Of a stretch of 64,000 bases of DNA, positions 35,801-45,486 are shown one piece after another. Where the stretch lies: the NCBI GenBank assembly GCA_012959275.1, contig DUDM01000050.1:9485-73484 (forward strand), given 5' to 3'. Position 1 is the first letter of the stretch; each line of letters opens with the position of its first letter. The notes beneath the pieces are model-generated. The model was not told the DNA's origin. It did not search any database and saw nothing but the letters and a program-made list of their open reading frames with translations. The DNA is from Candidatus Poseidoniales archaeon. Lineage in GTDB: Archaea > Thermoplasmatota > Poseidoniia > Poseidoniales > Poseidoniaceae. The position numbers and the translations under genes were made by a program.

Positions 35801-36646
35801 ATGATGGCGACAACATCTGCTGACATTGCAAATTTAGAAGCAATTGCAACCCGCTGTAGGGCTCACATATTGCGCATGACTCACCGTGCTGCTGCTGGCC
35901 ATCCAGGGGGTTCTCTTTCTGAAATCGACATCTTGGTTGCGCTCTATTTCAGTCGTCTAAATGTAGACCCAGATAAACCGAAATTAGAAGAAAGAGATAG
36001 ATTCATTCTATCCAAAGGCCATGCAAGCCCAGGAATGTATGCAGTATTAGCAGAAAAAGGATTCATCACAGAAGAAGACCTCTCTTCATACCGTGTATTA
36101 GGGGGAGTTTGCCAAGGTCATGTCGACATGAAGTGGACTCCGGGCATAGACTTCAGTGCTGGCTCGCTTGGCATGGGATTGTCGTTTGGAATGGGCACTG
36201 CAATCGCAGCCCGCTTGGACGGTAGCGAGAGGAGCACATGGGTGATGATTGGTGATGGTGAGATGCAGGAAGGAAGCATTTGGGAAGCGGCTATGGCAGC
36301 CGCTCACCATGAGTTAGGAAACCTCACCGTTTTTGTCGATAAAAATAATATTCAAAATGATGACTTTGTTGAAGTGCAAATGAGAATGTTCGATATCCCC
36401 GCTAAGTGGGCAGGCTTCGGCTGGGCCGTTAGGGAATGTGACGGGCATGATATGCAACAAATTCTCGATGCTATTGCGTGGGCGGATAGTATTACAGATC
36501 GACCAGCGGTTATCATTGCAAATACAATCAAGGGCAAGGGTATTTCTTACATGGAAAACAATCCAGCCTTCCATGGCGCAGCACCAAATGACGAACAACT
36601 TGGTATTGGGTTAGCAGAACTCGGTCTATTCGAGGTGGGTGCATGA
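35801..36646 (+). CDS. Transketolase, N-terminal subunit
   Basis: AAGHPGGSLSEIDILVALY, GHASPGMY and GDGEMQEGSIWEA are thiamine-diphosphate binding motifs. Confidence 0.9.
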   Translation: MMATTSADIANLEAIATRCRAHILRMTHRAAAGHPGGSLSEIDILVALYFSRLNVDPDKPKLEERDRFILSKGHASPGMYAVLAEKGFITEEDLSSYRVLGGVCQGHVDMKWTPGIDFSAGSLGMGLSFGMGTAIAARLDGSERSTWVMIGDGEMQEGSIWEAAMAAAHHELGNLTVFVDKNNIQNDDFVEVQMRMFDIPAKWAGFGWAVRECDGHDMQQILDAIAWADSITDRPAVIIANTIKGKGISYMENNPAFHGAAPNDEQLGIGLAELGLFEVGA

Positions 36647-37584
36647 GCAGAATGGCGGCAACTCGTGATGGCTATGGTCAAGGATTACTCAACATTTCGG
36701 ATGATGAAAGAGTTGTAGTCTTGGAAGCGGACCTTGGGAAATCCACCAAATCTCTTCACTTCCGCAAACAATTCCCTGAGCGCACCGTATCTTGCGGAAT
36801 TGGTGAGCAAAATATGATGTTGGTTGCAGCCGGATTAGCTGCAAGTGGCTACAAGCCATTTGCAAGTACTTTTGCAATCTTTACAGAAAGGGCCTTTGAA
36901 CAAATTCGAAATGGAGTGGCTAGACCAAACCTTCCGGTACATATCTGTGGAAGTCACGGTGGTACACACACTGGGACTGATGGTGGCAGTGCTCAATCGA
37001 TTGAAGATTTGGCGATTTACAGAACTTTGCCAAATATGACCGTGATGCACCCTTGTGATGATGTCAGTGCGGCCGAATTAACTCGCCAATGTCTAGACTT
37101 AGCAGGTCCATCTTACATGCGTACAGCGCGCAATAAAACAAGGGTTCTACACGAGAATAGAATTGACGATATCAAAATCGGCAAAGGTATTGTACTGCGC
37201 GATGGAAGTGATGTTTGCATCATCGCTTGTGGCGTATTAGTTGACAAAGCACTCGAGGCTGCTGAGAAATTGGCTGGCGATGGCATTGATGCAGGGGTTG
37301 TTGACATGCACACACTCAAGCCACTCGATGGTGATTTAATCAACCGGATGGCGGCATCAACAGGATGCATAGTCAGTGCAGAGGATCATTCAATAATTGG
37401 TGGCCTTGGAGGTGCAATTGCAGAACATCTCTCATCTAATCATCCCATACCTCTTGAGAGAGTCGGTGTCAACGACAGATTCGGAGAATCAGGTCAAGCG
37501 GAAGAAATGCTAGACCTTTTAGGATTGAATACCGGCGATATCATTGAAGCAGCACACAGAGCAATCAGTAGAAAGAGCAATTAA
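36643..37584 (+). CDS. Transketolase, C-terminal subunit
   Basis: ATGA overlap with the N-subunit gene. GIGEQNMMLVAAGLA, HTGTDG and MHTLKPLD motifs. Confidence 0.9.
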   Translation: MSRMAATRDGYGQGLLNISDDERVVVLEADLGKSTKSLHFRKQFPERTVSCGIGEQNMMLVAAGLAASGYKPFASTFAIFTERAFEQIRNGVARPNLPVHICGSHGGTHTGTDGGSAQSIEDLAIYRTLPNMTVMHPCDDVSAAELTRQCLDLAGPSYMRTARNKTRVLHENRIDDIKIGKGIVLRDGSDVCIIACGVLVDKALEAAEKLAGDGIDAGVVDMHTLKPLDGDLINRMAASTGCIVSAEDHSIIGGLGGAIAEHLSSNHPIPLERVGVNDRFGESGQAEEMLDLLGLNTGDIIEAAHRAISRKSN

Positions 37585-37590
37585 TAAAAA

Positions 37591-38268
37591 ATGGAGTTGA
37601 AAAAAATGGAGTTTTTCCTAGACACAGCAGAAGTAGATGAAGTAAGAGAAATAGCGGCATGGGGTATACTCGATGGAGTTACAACCAATCCAAGTTTGAT
37701 AAAAAAATCTGGTCGGGATTTCAGACAAGTAGTATCAGAAATTGCTGAACTATGTGATGGCCCCATCTCAGCCGAAGTCACCTCACTAGATACCGATGGA
37801 ATGGTCAAGGAAGGTTTGGAATTGAAAGCCACTCTACCTTCAAATGTCATCATCAAGGTTCCATGCACCCCTGAAGGATTGGCTGCAACAAAAATACTTT
37901 CTGACCAAGGAATAGGCGTCAATGTAACTCTAATTTTCAATGCTTCCCAAGCGATAATGGCTGCAAAGGCTGGGGCAATGTATGTCTCACCATTTATTGG
38001 TAGAATAGATGATACCGGTGCAGATGGTATGGAATTAATAGCCGAAATAATGCGTATTTGGGATAATTATCCCACTATTGAAACAAAAGTATTAGCAGCA
38101 TCTATCCGCCATCCAATGCATATGCTACAAGCAATGCAAATGGGCGCTCATACTGCAACAATGCCCACCAAAATCTTCAGGCAATTGATGAAGCATCCTC
38201 TAACAGATTCAGGTATTGCCCAATTCTTATCCGATTGGGAAGAAGTTGAAGCGGCCGGTAATGCGTGA
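37591..38268 (+). CDS. tal: Transaldolase / fructose-6-phosphate aldolase (short type 3B)
   Basis: FFLDTA, GVTTNPSL, IIKVP (Schiff-base Lys) and SPFIGRIDD motifs. An alternative ATG lies at 37606. Confidence 0.88.
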   Translation: MELKKMEFFLDTAEVDEVREIAAWGILDGVTTNPSLIKKSGRDFRQVVSEIAELCDGPISAEVTSLDTDGMVKEGLELKATLPSNVIIKVPCTPEGLAATKILSDQGIGVNVTLIFNASQAIMAAKAGAMYVSPFIGRIDDTGADGMELIAEIMRIWDNYPTIETKVLAASIRHPMHMLQAMQMGAHTATMPTKIFRQLMKHPLTDSGIAQFLSDWEEVEAAGNA

Positions 38269-38350
38269 TAATTAGTGGATATCCTCGTACTCTAATCCTC
38301 AAAAGGCTTGAAGAAGGGATGGAGTCTCACTCGAGTTGGGAGGGCTGGAA

Positions 38351-38881
38351 ATGGTTGACCGTCGTGAGAAATTACAGCAGTTGTTAGACGGTGAATTAGA
38401 TCCATCGGAAATCATTTCCGATCCTACTCTTGCTAGTTTAGCAGAACGAATTTATGGCATGGACATAAAGGCCCTATTGACCGAGAAAGGCATAGAAATG
38501 CCTTCAGGAGAAAGTCCCTCACCTTCCTCAACATCTTTGATAGAAGTTATCCCCAGTTCAAACTTACCCCCACCTGGGCCCCTTGGTGAACTTCCTGCCC
38601 TTGAACAAACATCGGCTGCAAGTAGAAACACTTTGTTCATTTTGCTCGGTGTTCTAGCATTATCAGTCGCTTTACTCAATTTGGTAATGGGACTTGGAGA
38701 ACTATACAATCCATGTACAACCGATTGGTGTGCTAATAATTCAAAATTCATCTGGTTAGCACCCCACCAACTCACCCAAGATGGTGGCTGGGGTTCTGTG
38801 GGCGCGGCAGGAATACCTGACTATGCAATGATTGGTGGCGGACTGATTCTAACTTTACTCGGTCTAAGAAAGAAGGCCTGA
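38351..38881 (+). CDS. Hypothetical membrane protein
   Basis: Pro/Ser-rich linker and two hydrophobic helices (LFILLGVLALSVALLNLVMGL; MIGGGLILTLLGL). No family recognised. Confidence 0.45.
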   Translation: MVDRREKLQQLLDGELDPSEIISDPTLASLAERIYGMDIKALLTEKGIEMPSGESPSPSSTSLIEVIPSSNLPPPGPLGELPALEQTSAASRNTLFILLGVLALSVALLNLVMGLGELYNPCTTDWCANNSKFIWLAPHQLTQDGGWGSVGAAGIPDYAMIGGGLILTLLGLRKKA

Positions 38882-38892
38882 GGTGTAAATCG

Positions 38893-40416
38893 ATGTCTCG
38901 ACCTGCAAAGGCAAAACGCGGCATACCTCAAAAAGAGGACTTCAATGAATGGTACCCCTTTATCGTGGAAGCGGCAGAACTCGTTGACAAAAGATATCCA
39001 ATCAAAGGTATGGACGTTTGGAGGCCCTACGGCTGGAAAGCCATGCGCCTCATAGATGGATTAACCCACGCAGAAATGGAGAGGTCCGAGCACGAGGAAT
39101 ACCGCTTTCCATTACTAATTCCTGAGAACCTTCTTGAAAAGGAAAATAAATTGGTTGCTCTTCTAAAAAGGGCCCGCGACCAAGGAGTGGAGCCAGAGGA
39201 ATTACGAATAGATGAAGATGAAGCCGGCTTCAAAAAAGAGGTATACTGGGTCAAGCACGCAGGTGAAAATGAATTAGATATTCCGATGTTCTTGCGTCCA
39301 ACTTCAGAAACTGCGATGTACACAATGTTCCCACTTTGGATTCGTTCTCACGCGGATTTGCCTCTGAAGACTTATCAGATGGTAAACACATTCCGCTATG
39401 AGACTAAGCAAACTCGCTCATTTATCCGAGTACGAGAAATTCATTTTTTTGAGGCCCATACTGCTCACGTAGATGAGGCATGTGCGAGTAGGCAAATCGA
39501 TGAGGACCTTGAAATTGTAGGTAATATTATGGCCGCTATGTGTTTGCCAGTTTTGATTTCTAAGCGCCCTGTTTGGGACACATTTCCTGGTGCGTGGTAT
39601 ACAATTGCAATCGACGTTGTCATGCCAAATGGTAGGACCTTACAAGTGGCCAGTGTCCATCATTATAGAGACCAGTGGGCCAAGGCATTCGATATCAAAT
39701 ATGAAGATGAAAATGGAGAATTCCAAAATTGTCACCAAACCACATATGGAATGTCAGAGCGCTTATTAGGTGCAGTAGTTGGAATGCATGGAGATGATTC
39801 AGGTCTAATCATGCCCCCCAAGATCGCACCTATTCAAATCGTAATTATTCCTGTTCTGAAAAAAGGACTAGAAGATATGGTCAATGAATCAGCAAATCAA
39901 TTGGCCAATGAACTTAGGGCAGCAGGATTCAGAGTTAAGGTAGATTCTCGCGATATGCGCCCAGGTCAGAAATATTACGACTGGGAAATAAAAGGGGTCC
40001 CATTAAGATTTGAATTAGGACCAAGGGACATCGATAAAAACAGTGTTTTCGCTGCTCGAAGAACTGGGGGGAAAATACCGCTCGACAGGAGCGAAATAAT
40101 TCCGCTTGCTCATGCTCAATTAGCAGAAGTTGAATCTGAATTGATCCAAAGAGCGGCACTGCACATGAAAGGTAAAACTCAACCGCTGCCGAAGTTAATT
40201 GAAAGTGATGGGAATTGGGCTGTTGACGGAGAAATACCAGATGGTGCTGTGTTTGAAATTGCTTTTGATGGCAGTGATGCCGAGGCTGAAATAATCGAAA
40301 GGACCTGTGGATTAACTTTCTTGGGCGATGCAGTTGAGGCTTATTCAGAACCAAAGCCTTGTGTTATTACCGGAAAGCATACCAAGCGAAGAGTTTGGTT
40401 AGCAAGAACTTACTAA
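38893..40416 (+). CDS. proS: Proline--tRNA ligase (archaeal/eukaryotic type)
   Basis: Class II motifs (FLRPTSET, FRYE..TRSFIRVREFH), a C-terminal zinc-binding-like domain, and GAGGTG about 8 nt upstream of the ATG. Confidence 0.88.
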   Translation: MSRPAKAKRGIPQKEDFNEWYPFIVEAAELVDKRYPIKGMDVWRPYGWKAMRLIDGLTHAEMERSEHEEYRFPLLIPENLLEKENKLVALLKRARDQGVEPEELRIDEDEAGFKKEVYWVKHAGENELDIPMFLRPTSETAMYTMFPLWIRSHADLPLKTYQMVNTFRYETKQTRSFIRVREIHFFEAHTAHVDEACASRQIDEDLEIVGNIMAAMCLPVLISKRPVWDTFPGAWYTIAIDVVMPNGRTLQVASVHHYRDQWAKAFDIKYEDENGEFQNCHQTTYGMSERLLGAVVGMHGDDSGLIMPPKIAPIQIVIIPVLKKGLEDMVNESANQLANELRAAGFRVKVDSRDMRPGQKYYDWEIKGVPLRFELGPRDIDKNSVFAARRTGGKIPLDRSEIIPLAHAQLAEVESELIQRAALHMKGKTQPLPKLIESDGNWAVDGEIPDGAVFEIAFDGSDAEAEIIERTCGLTFLGDAVEAYSEPKPCVITGKHTKRRVWLARTY

Positions 40417-40426
40417 AGTCACATGG

Positions 40427-41620
40427 CTACCTTTCGACTAAAGTTCGTACTGCTTTTGCAACCGCTGCATTATCCTGCAAAGCCCAATGCTCACCCAGTG
40501 AATCTATTAGGTGCGCACGAGGTTTATCTGGATTTGAAATATCTTCAAGACGATTAGCAATAACTGCAGTCATTCCTGAGTTCTTTATCTGGGCCAATGC
40601 TCGGTGAACTAAGTCACTGATTTTCACTCCCGTTTCGAGTTTGAAACCAATCCTTACGGAATCTTTGCATAATTCTTGAAGTTCCATGATGTGTTTTGAG
40701 CCTTCTTTCAAAGTAACATTCCAATCACCTTGTTGCGAAGCAAATTTTCCTAATTTGGGTTCATCAACTAGGTAATCCAATACTGCAGCACAGTGGACCC
40801 ATGCTTGGATATCATCGTTTGACAATGCAATACATTCCTTTAGCATCGCATCAGGCTCATCAGCCTGAATAACCAGTGGCAATGAAAAGGCTGCTTGTAC
40901 AGTTGTTGTGCCAGCCACAACAGACACGTCATGTCCATGCCGATGTAAATCCTCTGCAATCACCCAACCAGTGGCACCACTGCTAGTATTTTGCACATAT
41001 CTAATATCATCAATAGGGCTACGTGTTGCACCGAGCGTGATAACAATAGACTTCCTATTTTCTTTTTCCTTGTTGATGAAATGGCAAAAAGCAGCCACTA
41101 ATGAAATGGGGTTATCCTGTTTTCTTTTACCTTCTATGATTGGACCCCAGTGAAGATTCATACCATAATTTTCTAATTCTGATTCAATATCAACAGTGAT
41201 CGGATCTTTAGCCAAGTCATCATGCATACTTGGCACCATCATTATAGGAATTTTTCTACCGCGGGCAGCTGATAACGCCATCAATAAGGGTGTATCCATC
41301 ATCCCTTGCACTACTGAAGCCATGTGATGACGAGTAGTTGGGCAAACCAATACCGCATCGACATCATCTAATTGTCTCATCTCCCCTTCCCAATCGGTAA
41401 TGACTTCAGAAGCGCTCGCCCAAGATAAAGCCAGAGGTGTGATGATTTTTTGGGCAGAATGAGACATTAATGCGACTACCTTAGCACCATGCCTTCGCAG
41501 TTCCCTGGCTACCTTAACAGATTCAACGGCGGCAATACCCCCACTCACTCCCAACAATATGGAAAGGCCAGAAAGTGAGTCTCCTTGCAGAATGACTCCG
41601 GTATCCCGAATGGTGCCCAT
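40427..41620 (-). CDS. coaBC: Bifunctional phosphopantothenoylcysteine decarboxylase / phosphopantothenate--cysteine ligase
   Basis: Flavoprotein N-domain ILLGVSGGIAAVESVK...PSMH and a C-terminal DFP ligase domain (ITLGATRSPIDDIRYVQNTSSG, AAVLDY). The longer ORF starts with TTG. Confidence 0.85.
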   Translation of the reverse strand: MGTIRDTGVILQGDSLSGLSILLGVSGGIAAVESVKVARELRRHGAKVVALMSHSAQKIITPLALSWASASEVITDWEGEMRQLDDVDAVLVCPTTRHHMASVVQGMMDTPLLMALSAARGRKIPIMMVPSMHDDLAKDPITVDIESELENYGMNLHWGPIIEGKRKQDNPISLVAAFCHFINKEKENRKSIVITLGATRSPIDDIRYVQNTSSGATGWVIAEDLHRHGHDVSVVAGTTTVQAAFSLPLVIQADEPDAMLKECIALSNDDIQAWVHCAAVLDYLVDEPKLGKFASQQGDWNVTLKEGSKHIMELQELCKDSVRIGFKLETGVKISDLVHRALAQIKNSGMTAVIANRLEDISNPDKPRAHLIDSLGEHWALQDNAAVAKAVRTLVER

Positions 41621-41701
41621 ATCATTTGCCAACGTGTAGGACTCAAAGCACCTTCGGCTACAATCATGACCGATTGCATCATCAATAGGGAATGACTGGG
41701 G

Positions 41702-42316
41702 ATGATGATGACGAGGGATACGGGGGGATTTGACCTTCCCCAAAATAATTCATTGCTCCCTTCTCAAGATCCCCTAATGGCCTTACATAGACAAATTTAC
41801 TGGGTGATGTTAGGTACAATCGGACTTTTAGCATTGATTTGTTATTCATTGATTAATGTGGTATTTGCAAGTAAGGGCTGGGTTGTCATCTTTCCTTGCA
41901 TAATTTTAGGAATGGGTTGGTCTGGATTCAGGAATAAAAAAGTCTGGGCTTATCCCTTCGCAGTAGGGTTAAATGCAGTGGGTGTAATGCTTTTTGCTCT
42001 TATTGGATTGTTTCTAATCATTAGTTTAGACGGTTTTTCAATCCTCATCGGAGTCTTAATGGTTTTTTCGTCAGTACAATCTTGGAGACGCTTAACCGTA
42101 ATGAGAAATCCATTATTCAAAGCCTGGTATTTAGGACTGAACATACCAATGATGGGAATGGGTCTTGATGAAGGAGAAATATATGCATCCTGCCCTCACT
42201 GTTCATCAGTTTTAGCAATCCAGCCAACTAAATTGGCTGTAAAGGATACTTGCCCATCATGTCATGGCCCACTGGTTAGTGGAGAAACAATTAGGCAATT
42301 AAATGAAGAAGAATAA
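41702..42316 (+). CDS. Hypothetical membrane protein with a C-terminal zinc ribbon
   Basis: Four hydrophobic helices followed by CPHCSSVL...(14 aa)...CPSCHGPL. It ends 3 nt from the stop codon of the convergent actin-like gene. Confidence 0.5.
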   Translation: MMMTRDTGGFDLPQNNSLLPSQDPLMALHRQIYWVMLGTIGLLALICYSLINVVFASKGWVVIFPCIILGMGWSGFRNKKVWAYPFAVGLNAVGVMLFALIGLFLIISLDGFSILIGVLMVFSSVQSWRRLTVMRNPLFKAWYLGLNIPMMGMGLDEGEIYASCPHCSSVLAIQPTKLAVKDTCPSCHGPLVSGETIRQLNEEE

Positions 42317-42319
42317 TGC

Positions 42320-43345
42320 TTAGCGGGATGCCAAGGTTAGATTCTTCCACATGTCTTCTGGAACTTCCATTGCTAAGCGAAGTCCACCCATTGCACCTAA
42401 GCGGATGGGGTCGTCTACTACGAGGACGTTAATCTCTCCAAGGTCGGAGAGGCGTTCTTCGATCATAGCCCCAAGTCCGCGGATACCTGAACCACCACCA
42501 GCAAGTACCATGTTCTTTCGGAATGCATCTTGGTATTCAGGGTTAGATGAGGAGATTAGCGTCTTAACACGTTCTACGATTGGGTCAACAATGGTTTCAC
42601 AAGCATTTTGAACACATTCCGTGATATCAAGATGCATTGCTTTTCCTTCGATTGAGAAATCCACCATTATTGGATCATCGGGTTGAGAGGTGCCGACGAA
42701 TGAATGCCCTTCCTTCCAGCGGCGAGCCATGTCCTTGGTTACCTGTGCGCCATTGAATTTGAGTTGGATTTCCTTGATGATTTGGTTATCCACATAGTCT
42801 CCAGCATAGGCGGAGTGTACCTGGTCGATTGGCTCAGGGATGGTTCCGTAAACTCGGCAAATATCTGTGGTTCCTGCGCCGATATCAATAACTATTGTGT
42901 GCTCCAACATATCAAGAGCATATGCAACAGCGAAAGGTTCTGAGATAATCATGCAAGCATTGACTGATCCGGCTGCCGCATCGAAGATGTAGGTCTTATC
43001 AACATAAGATGCCTCTGCAGGCGCACCGATGACTGCAACTACTCTGTCATAGCCTTCAGGGTCTGCAAGTCCAATCAAGTGTGTGATGAAGTGGGCGATG
43101 AATTCTCGGTCCTTTTGAGTATCCTTGATGACTCCATGTTCTAACGGGCGGAATAGGTCAAGCGCCAAGCGGTTTTTGAGTGCTTCTTCGCCGAATAATA
43201 CATCTCTTTTGAGGAAGTTTCGAGCGATGTTATCCTTTGGAGTTCCAATTACTGTTAATTCTCCATCTTCATGTCCGTCGCTTGATACCATCACAGAGCG
43301 GAATGTTCCTAGGTCGATGCCAATATAGAGCACTTCTTCAGCCAT
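42320..43345 (-). CDS. Actin-fold cytoskeletal ATPase, MamK/MreB-like
   Basis: Phosphate-1 IGIDLGT, IISEPFAVAY, phosphate-2 VIDIGAGTTDICRV and the adenosine motif MVLAGGGSGIRGL. The IDIGAGTTDIC and GGGS.IRGL spellings resemble MamK more than MreB (DIGGGTTE). Confidence 0.8.
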   Translation of the reverse strand: MAEEVLYIGIDLGTFRSVMVSSDGHEDGELTVIGTPKDNIARNFLKRDVLFGEEALKNRLALDLFRPLEHGVIKDTQKDREFIAHFITHLIGLADPEGYDRVVAVIGAPAEASYVDKTYIFDAAAGSVNACMIISEPFAVAYALDMLEHTIVIDIGAGTTDICRVYGTIPEPIDQVHSAYAGDYVDNQIIKEIQLKFNGAQVTKDMARRWKEGHSFVGTSQPDDPIMVDFSIEGKAMHLDITECVQNACETIVDPIVERVKTLISSSNPEYQDAFRKNMVLAGGGSGIRGLGAMIEERLSDLGEINVLVVDDPIRLGAMGGLRLAMEVPEDMWKNLTLASR

Positions 43346-43564
43346 GTTTTCGTGCCAATCGAATCCGACTTATGAATGATGCCTTTCATTCACCTTGAAT
43401 GGTGGGTTCATACCGCTTGTTTTCAAAGGGCAGGAAGTTAGATTTTATCTATCAGGGCGCCATTTTTACGATATAACTCGTTAGAACTTGAATCCGCACC
43501 CTGATTCACTACTACACCTACGAAGGTGAAAATTGTGCAATGCTTTTTTCGCATTTTGGAAAAA

Positions 43565-44296
43565 TCATTCCTCTTCCCAAACAGCTTCGATTTCCTGAAT
43601 CATTTGATCATCTGCTGGCAGTACATCGAGGTACAAAGCAGGGATATCTTCACTCAAGAAGACAGTAGTTCCTGCTCGGTAGATAGTGTGTCCATCGACA
43701 ATTGCTCGCTCGGTGTCGATTTCAAGGATGCGTGGTCGCTTGATTCGAACGTGCCCTGCTTCCATAGCATTGGTGATAGTTTTTGAAAGATGGACGTGTT
43801 GACGGTCTCCTGCTTTGATTCCTAATTCCAAGTGTGTCGCAAGGTCGTCTCCATCACATGGATAGTAAAGTTCCTCTGGGATATCATCTGTCGGCAAATC
43901 TAACTCGATTTCTATGCTGTGGCCGTATGTTGCCCGAACCATGTCTCCTTCGACTTGGTAGCGTCCCTTTTCATCACCCAAAGCGACTGCTTCGAAATGC
44001 CAAGGGCGAAGCCAGTGATAGTAATGGCGGGCTTCCTTAAATGAGTCGCAAAGTTTGCTAGTTGAGATCCAACCATTGATATCTATTTGCAGATTGAACT
44101 TCTCAGGAAAGTGGCGTAGGACTCCCGCCATCAAGCGACCGAGCCCGTTTTGCTCTCTTTCGCTCATGATGAATTTTCCTTCTTCATTGCATACTGGGCA
44201 GTTCTGGCCATCATAATATCCGTGCGCTCTACATTGACGTAGCATGTGAATCGAAGCCGGCGACCGGACTTTCATTGATAACCCCCACGGTGCCAT
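43565..44296 (-). CDS. kptA: RNA 2'-phosphotransferase Tpt1/KptA with an N-terminal zinc knuckle
   Basis: LGRLMAGVLRHFPEKFNLQIDINGW, RATYGHS and HVHLS motifs fit the Tpt1 R-H-R-R catalytic family. N-terminal CRAHGYYDGQNCPVC. Confidence 0.82.
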   Translation of the reverse strand: MAPWGLSMKVRSPASIHMLRQCRAHGYYDGQNCPVCNEEGKFIMSEREQNGLGRLMAGVLRHFPEKFNLQIDINGWISTSKLCDSFKEARHYYHWLRPWHFEAVALGDEKGRYQVEGDMVRATYGHSIEIELDLPTDDIPEELYYPCDGDDLATHLELGIKAGDRQHVHLSKTITNAMEAGHVRIKRPRILEIDTERAIVDGHTIYRAGTTVFLSEDIPALYLDVLPADDQMIQEIEAVWEEE

Positions 44297-44337
44297 TGCA
44301 ACCGTGATGTTGAACAGCCGGATTGCTTCGGACCCTC

Positions 44338-45465
44338 ATGGCCGCTGTTATTGTCGAGTATGTGCGGACACCATTTCATCGTGCTCACAAGGGCTCATTG
44401 CATGAAACAAGACCTGAAGATATGCTTGCAGTCGTCATCGATGAAGTTCTTAGCCGAACCGGAATTCAAGCCTCCGAAATTGAAGATTTACTATTGGGCT
44501 GTGCTTACCCAGAGGGTGTCCAAGGGCTGAACCTTGGAAGAATTGCAGGCTACCTATCTTCTCTTCCGGCATCTGTTCCGGGCTCAACGACAAACCGCCT
44601 ATGTGGTTCCTCAATGCAAGTGATTCACATGGCTGCTGGCAATATCGCAATGGGCGCTGGAGAGGTGTTTCTCTGCGCCGGAGTTGAAACTATGTCCTTG
44701 GTGAAGCGTGGGGGTTGGAATCGAGACCTACATCCTGAAATTGAATCAACGTACCCTGAGGCCTATATTAACATGGGATTAACAGCAGAAAATTTAGCAA
44801 ACTCCCATTCGATTTCAAGAATCAGGCAAGAGGAATTCGCTCTAAGGAGCCATCAAAAAGCCGCTGATGCAGCGGAAAAAGGGAAGATGCAAAATGAATT
44901 AATTGCTATCTCAGGTATTTCAGAAGATGGTTGTATCAGAGGGAGCACAACGATGGATAGAATGGCAGGATTGAAACCTGCATTTATTGAAACCGGTTCG
45001 GTAACTGCTGCAACATCATCCCCTTTGACAGATGGGGCGGTTTGCCTAATGGTTTGTTCCGAAACATTCGCTGAAAAGAATGGTTTGCAACCAATGGCTC
45101 GAATTATAGCAACAGCAGTTGCCGGAGTTGGACCGGAGGTCATGGGGATTGGACCCGTGCCGGCCACCAGAAAAGTCCTGCAAAGATCGGGACTTAGCCT
45201 AGATGACATGGATGTCATAGAATTGAATGAAGCATTTTCTGCTCAATCAATTGCCGTGATGATGGACTTAGGGTTATCAGATGATGACCCTCGTGTAAAT
45301 ATCGATGGTGGTGCTTTGGCAATCGGCCACCCACTTGGGGCGAGTGGTGCTCGAATTACAGGTAAGGCCGCCTCATTGCTCCAAAGAAATGGTGGAAAAT
45401 ACGCCTTGGCAACAATGTGTATAGGTGGTGGCATGGGTATTGCCACCATTCTTAAGAAAGTTTGA
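44338..45465 (+). CDS. Acetyl-CoA C-acetyltransferase (thiolase II, bacterial/eukaryotic type)
   Basis: NRLCGSSMQ (active-site Cys), NEAFSAQ, GGALAIGHPLGASGAR and CIGGGMG motifs. Confidence 0.9.
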   Translation: MAAVIVEYVRTPFHRAHKGSLHETRPEDMLAVVIDEVLSRTGIQASEIEDLLLGCAYPEGVQGLNLGRIAGYLSSLPASVPGSTTNRLCGSSMQVIHMAAGNIAMGAGEVFLCAGVETMSLVKRGGWNRDLHPEIESTYPEAYINMGLTAENLANSHSISRIRQEEFALRSHQKAADAAEKGKMQNELIAISGISEDGCIRGSTTMDRMAGLKPAFIETGSVTAATSSPLTDGAVCLMVCSETFAEKNGLQPMARIIATAVAGVGPEVMGIGPVPATRKVLQRSGLSLDDMDVIELNEAFSAQSIAVMMDLGLSDDDPRVNIDGGALAIGHPLGASGARITGKAASLLQRNGGKYALATMCIGGGMGIATILKKV

Positions 45466-45486
45466 TTGCTATCTCGCCAAACCTTC

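Noticed and set aside
42320-43345. Magnetosome gene island, considered because of the MamK-like protein
   Set aside because: No other mam/mms-like genes (MamA/B/M/I/L/Q-type) are recognisable in the flanking 20 kb. Only the actin-like fold is supported.
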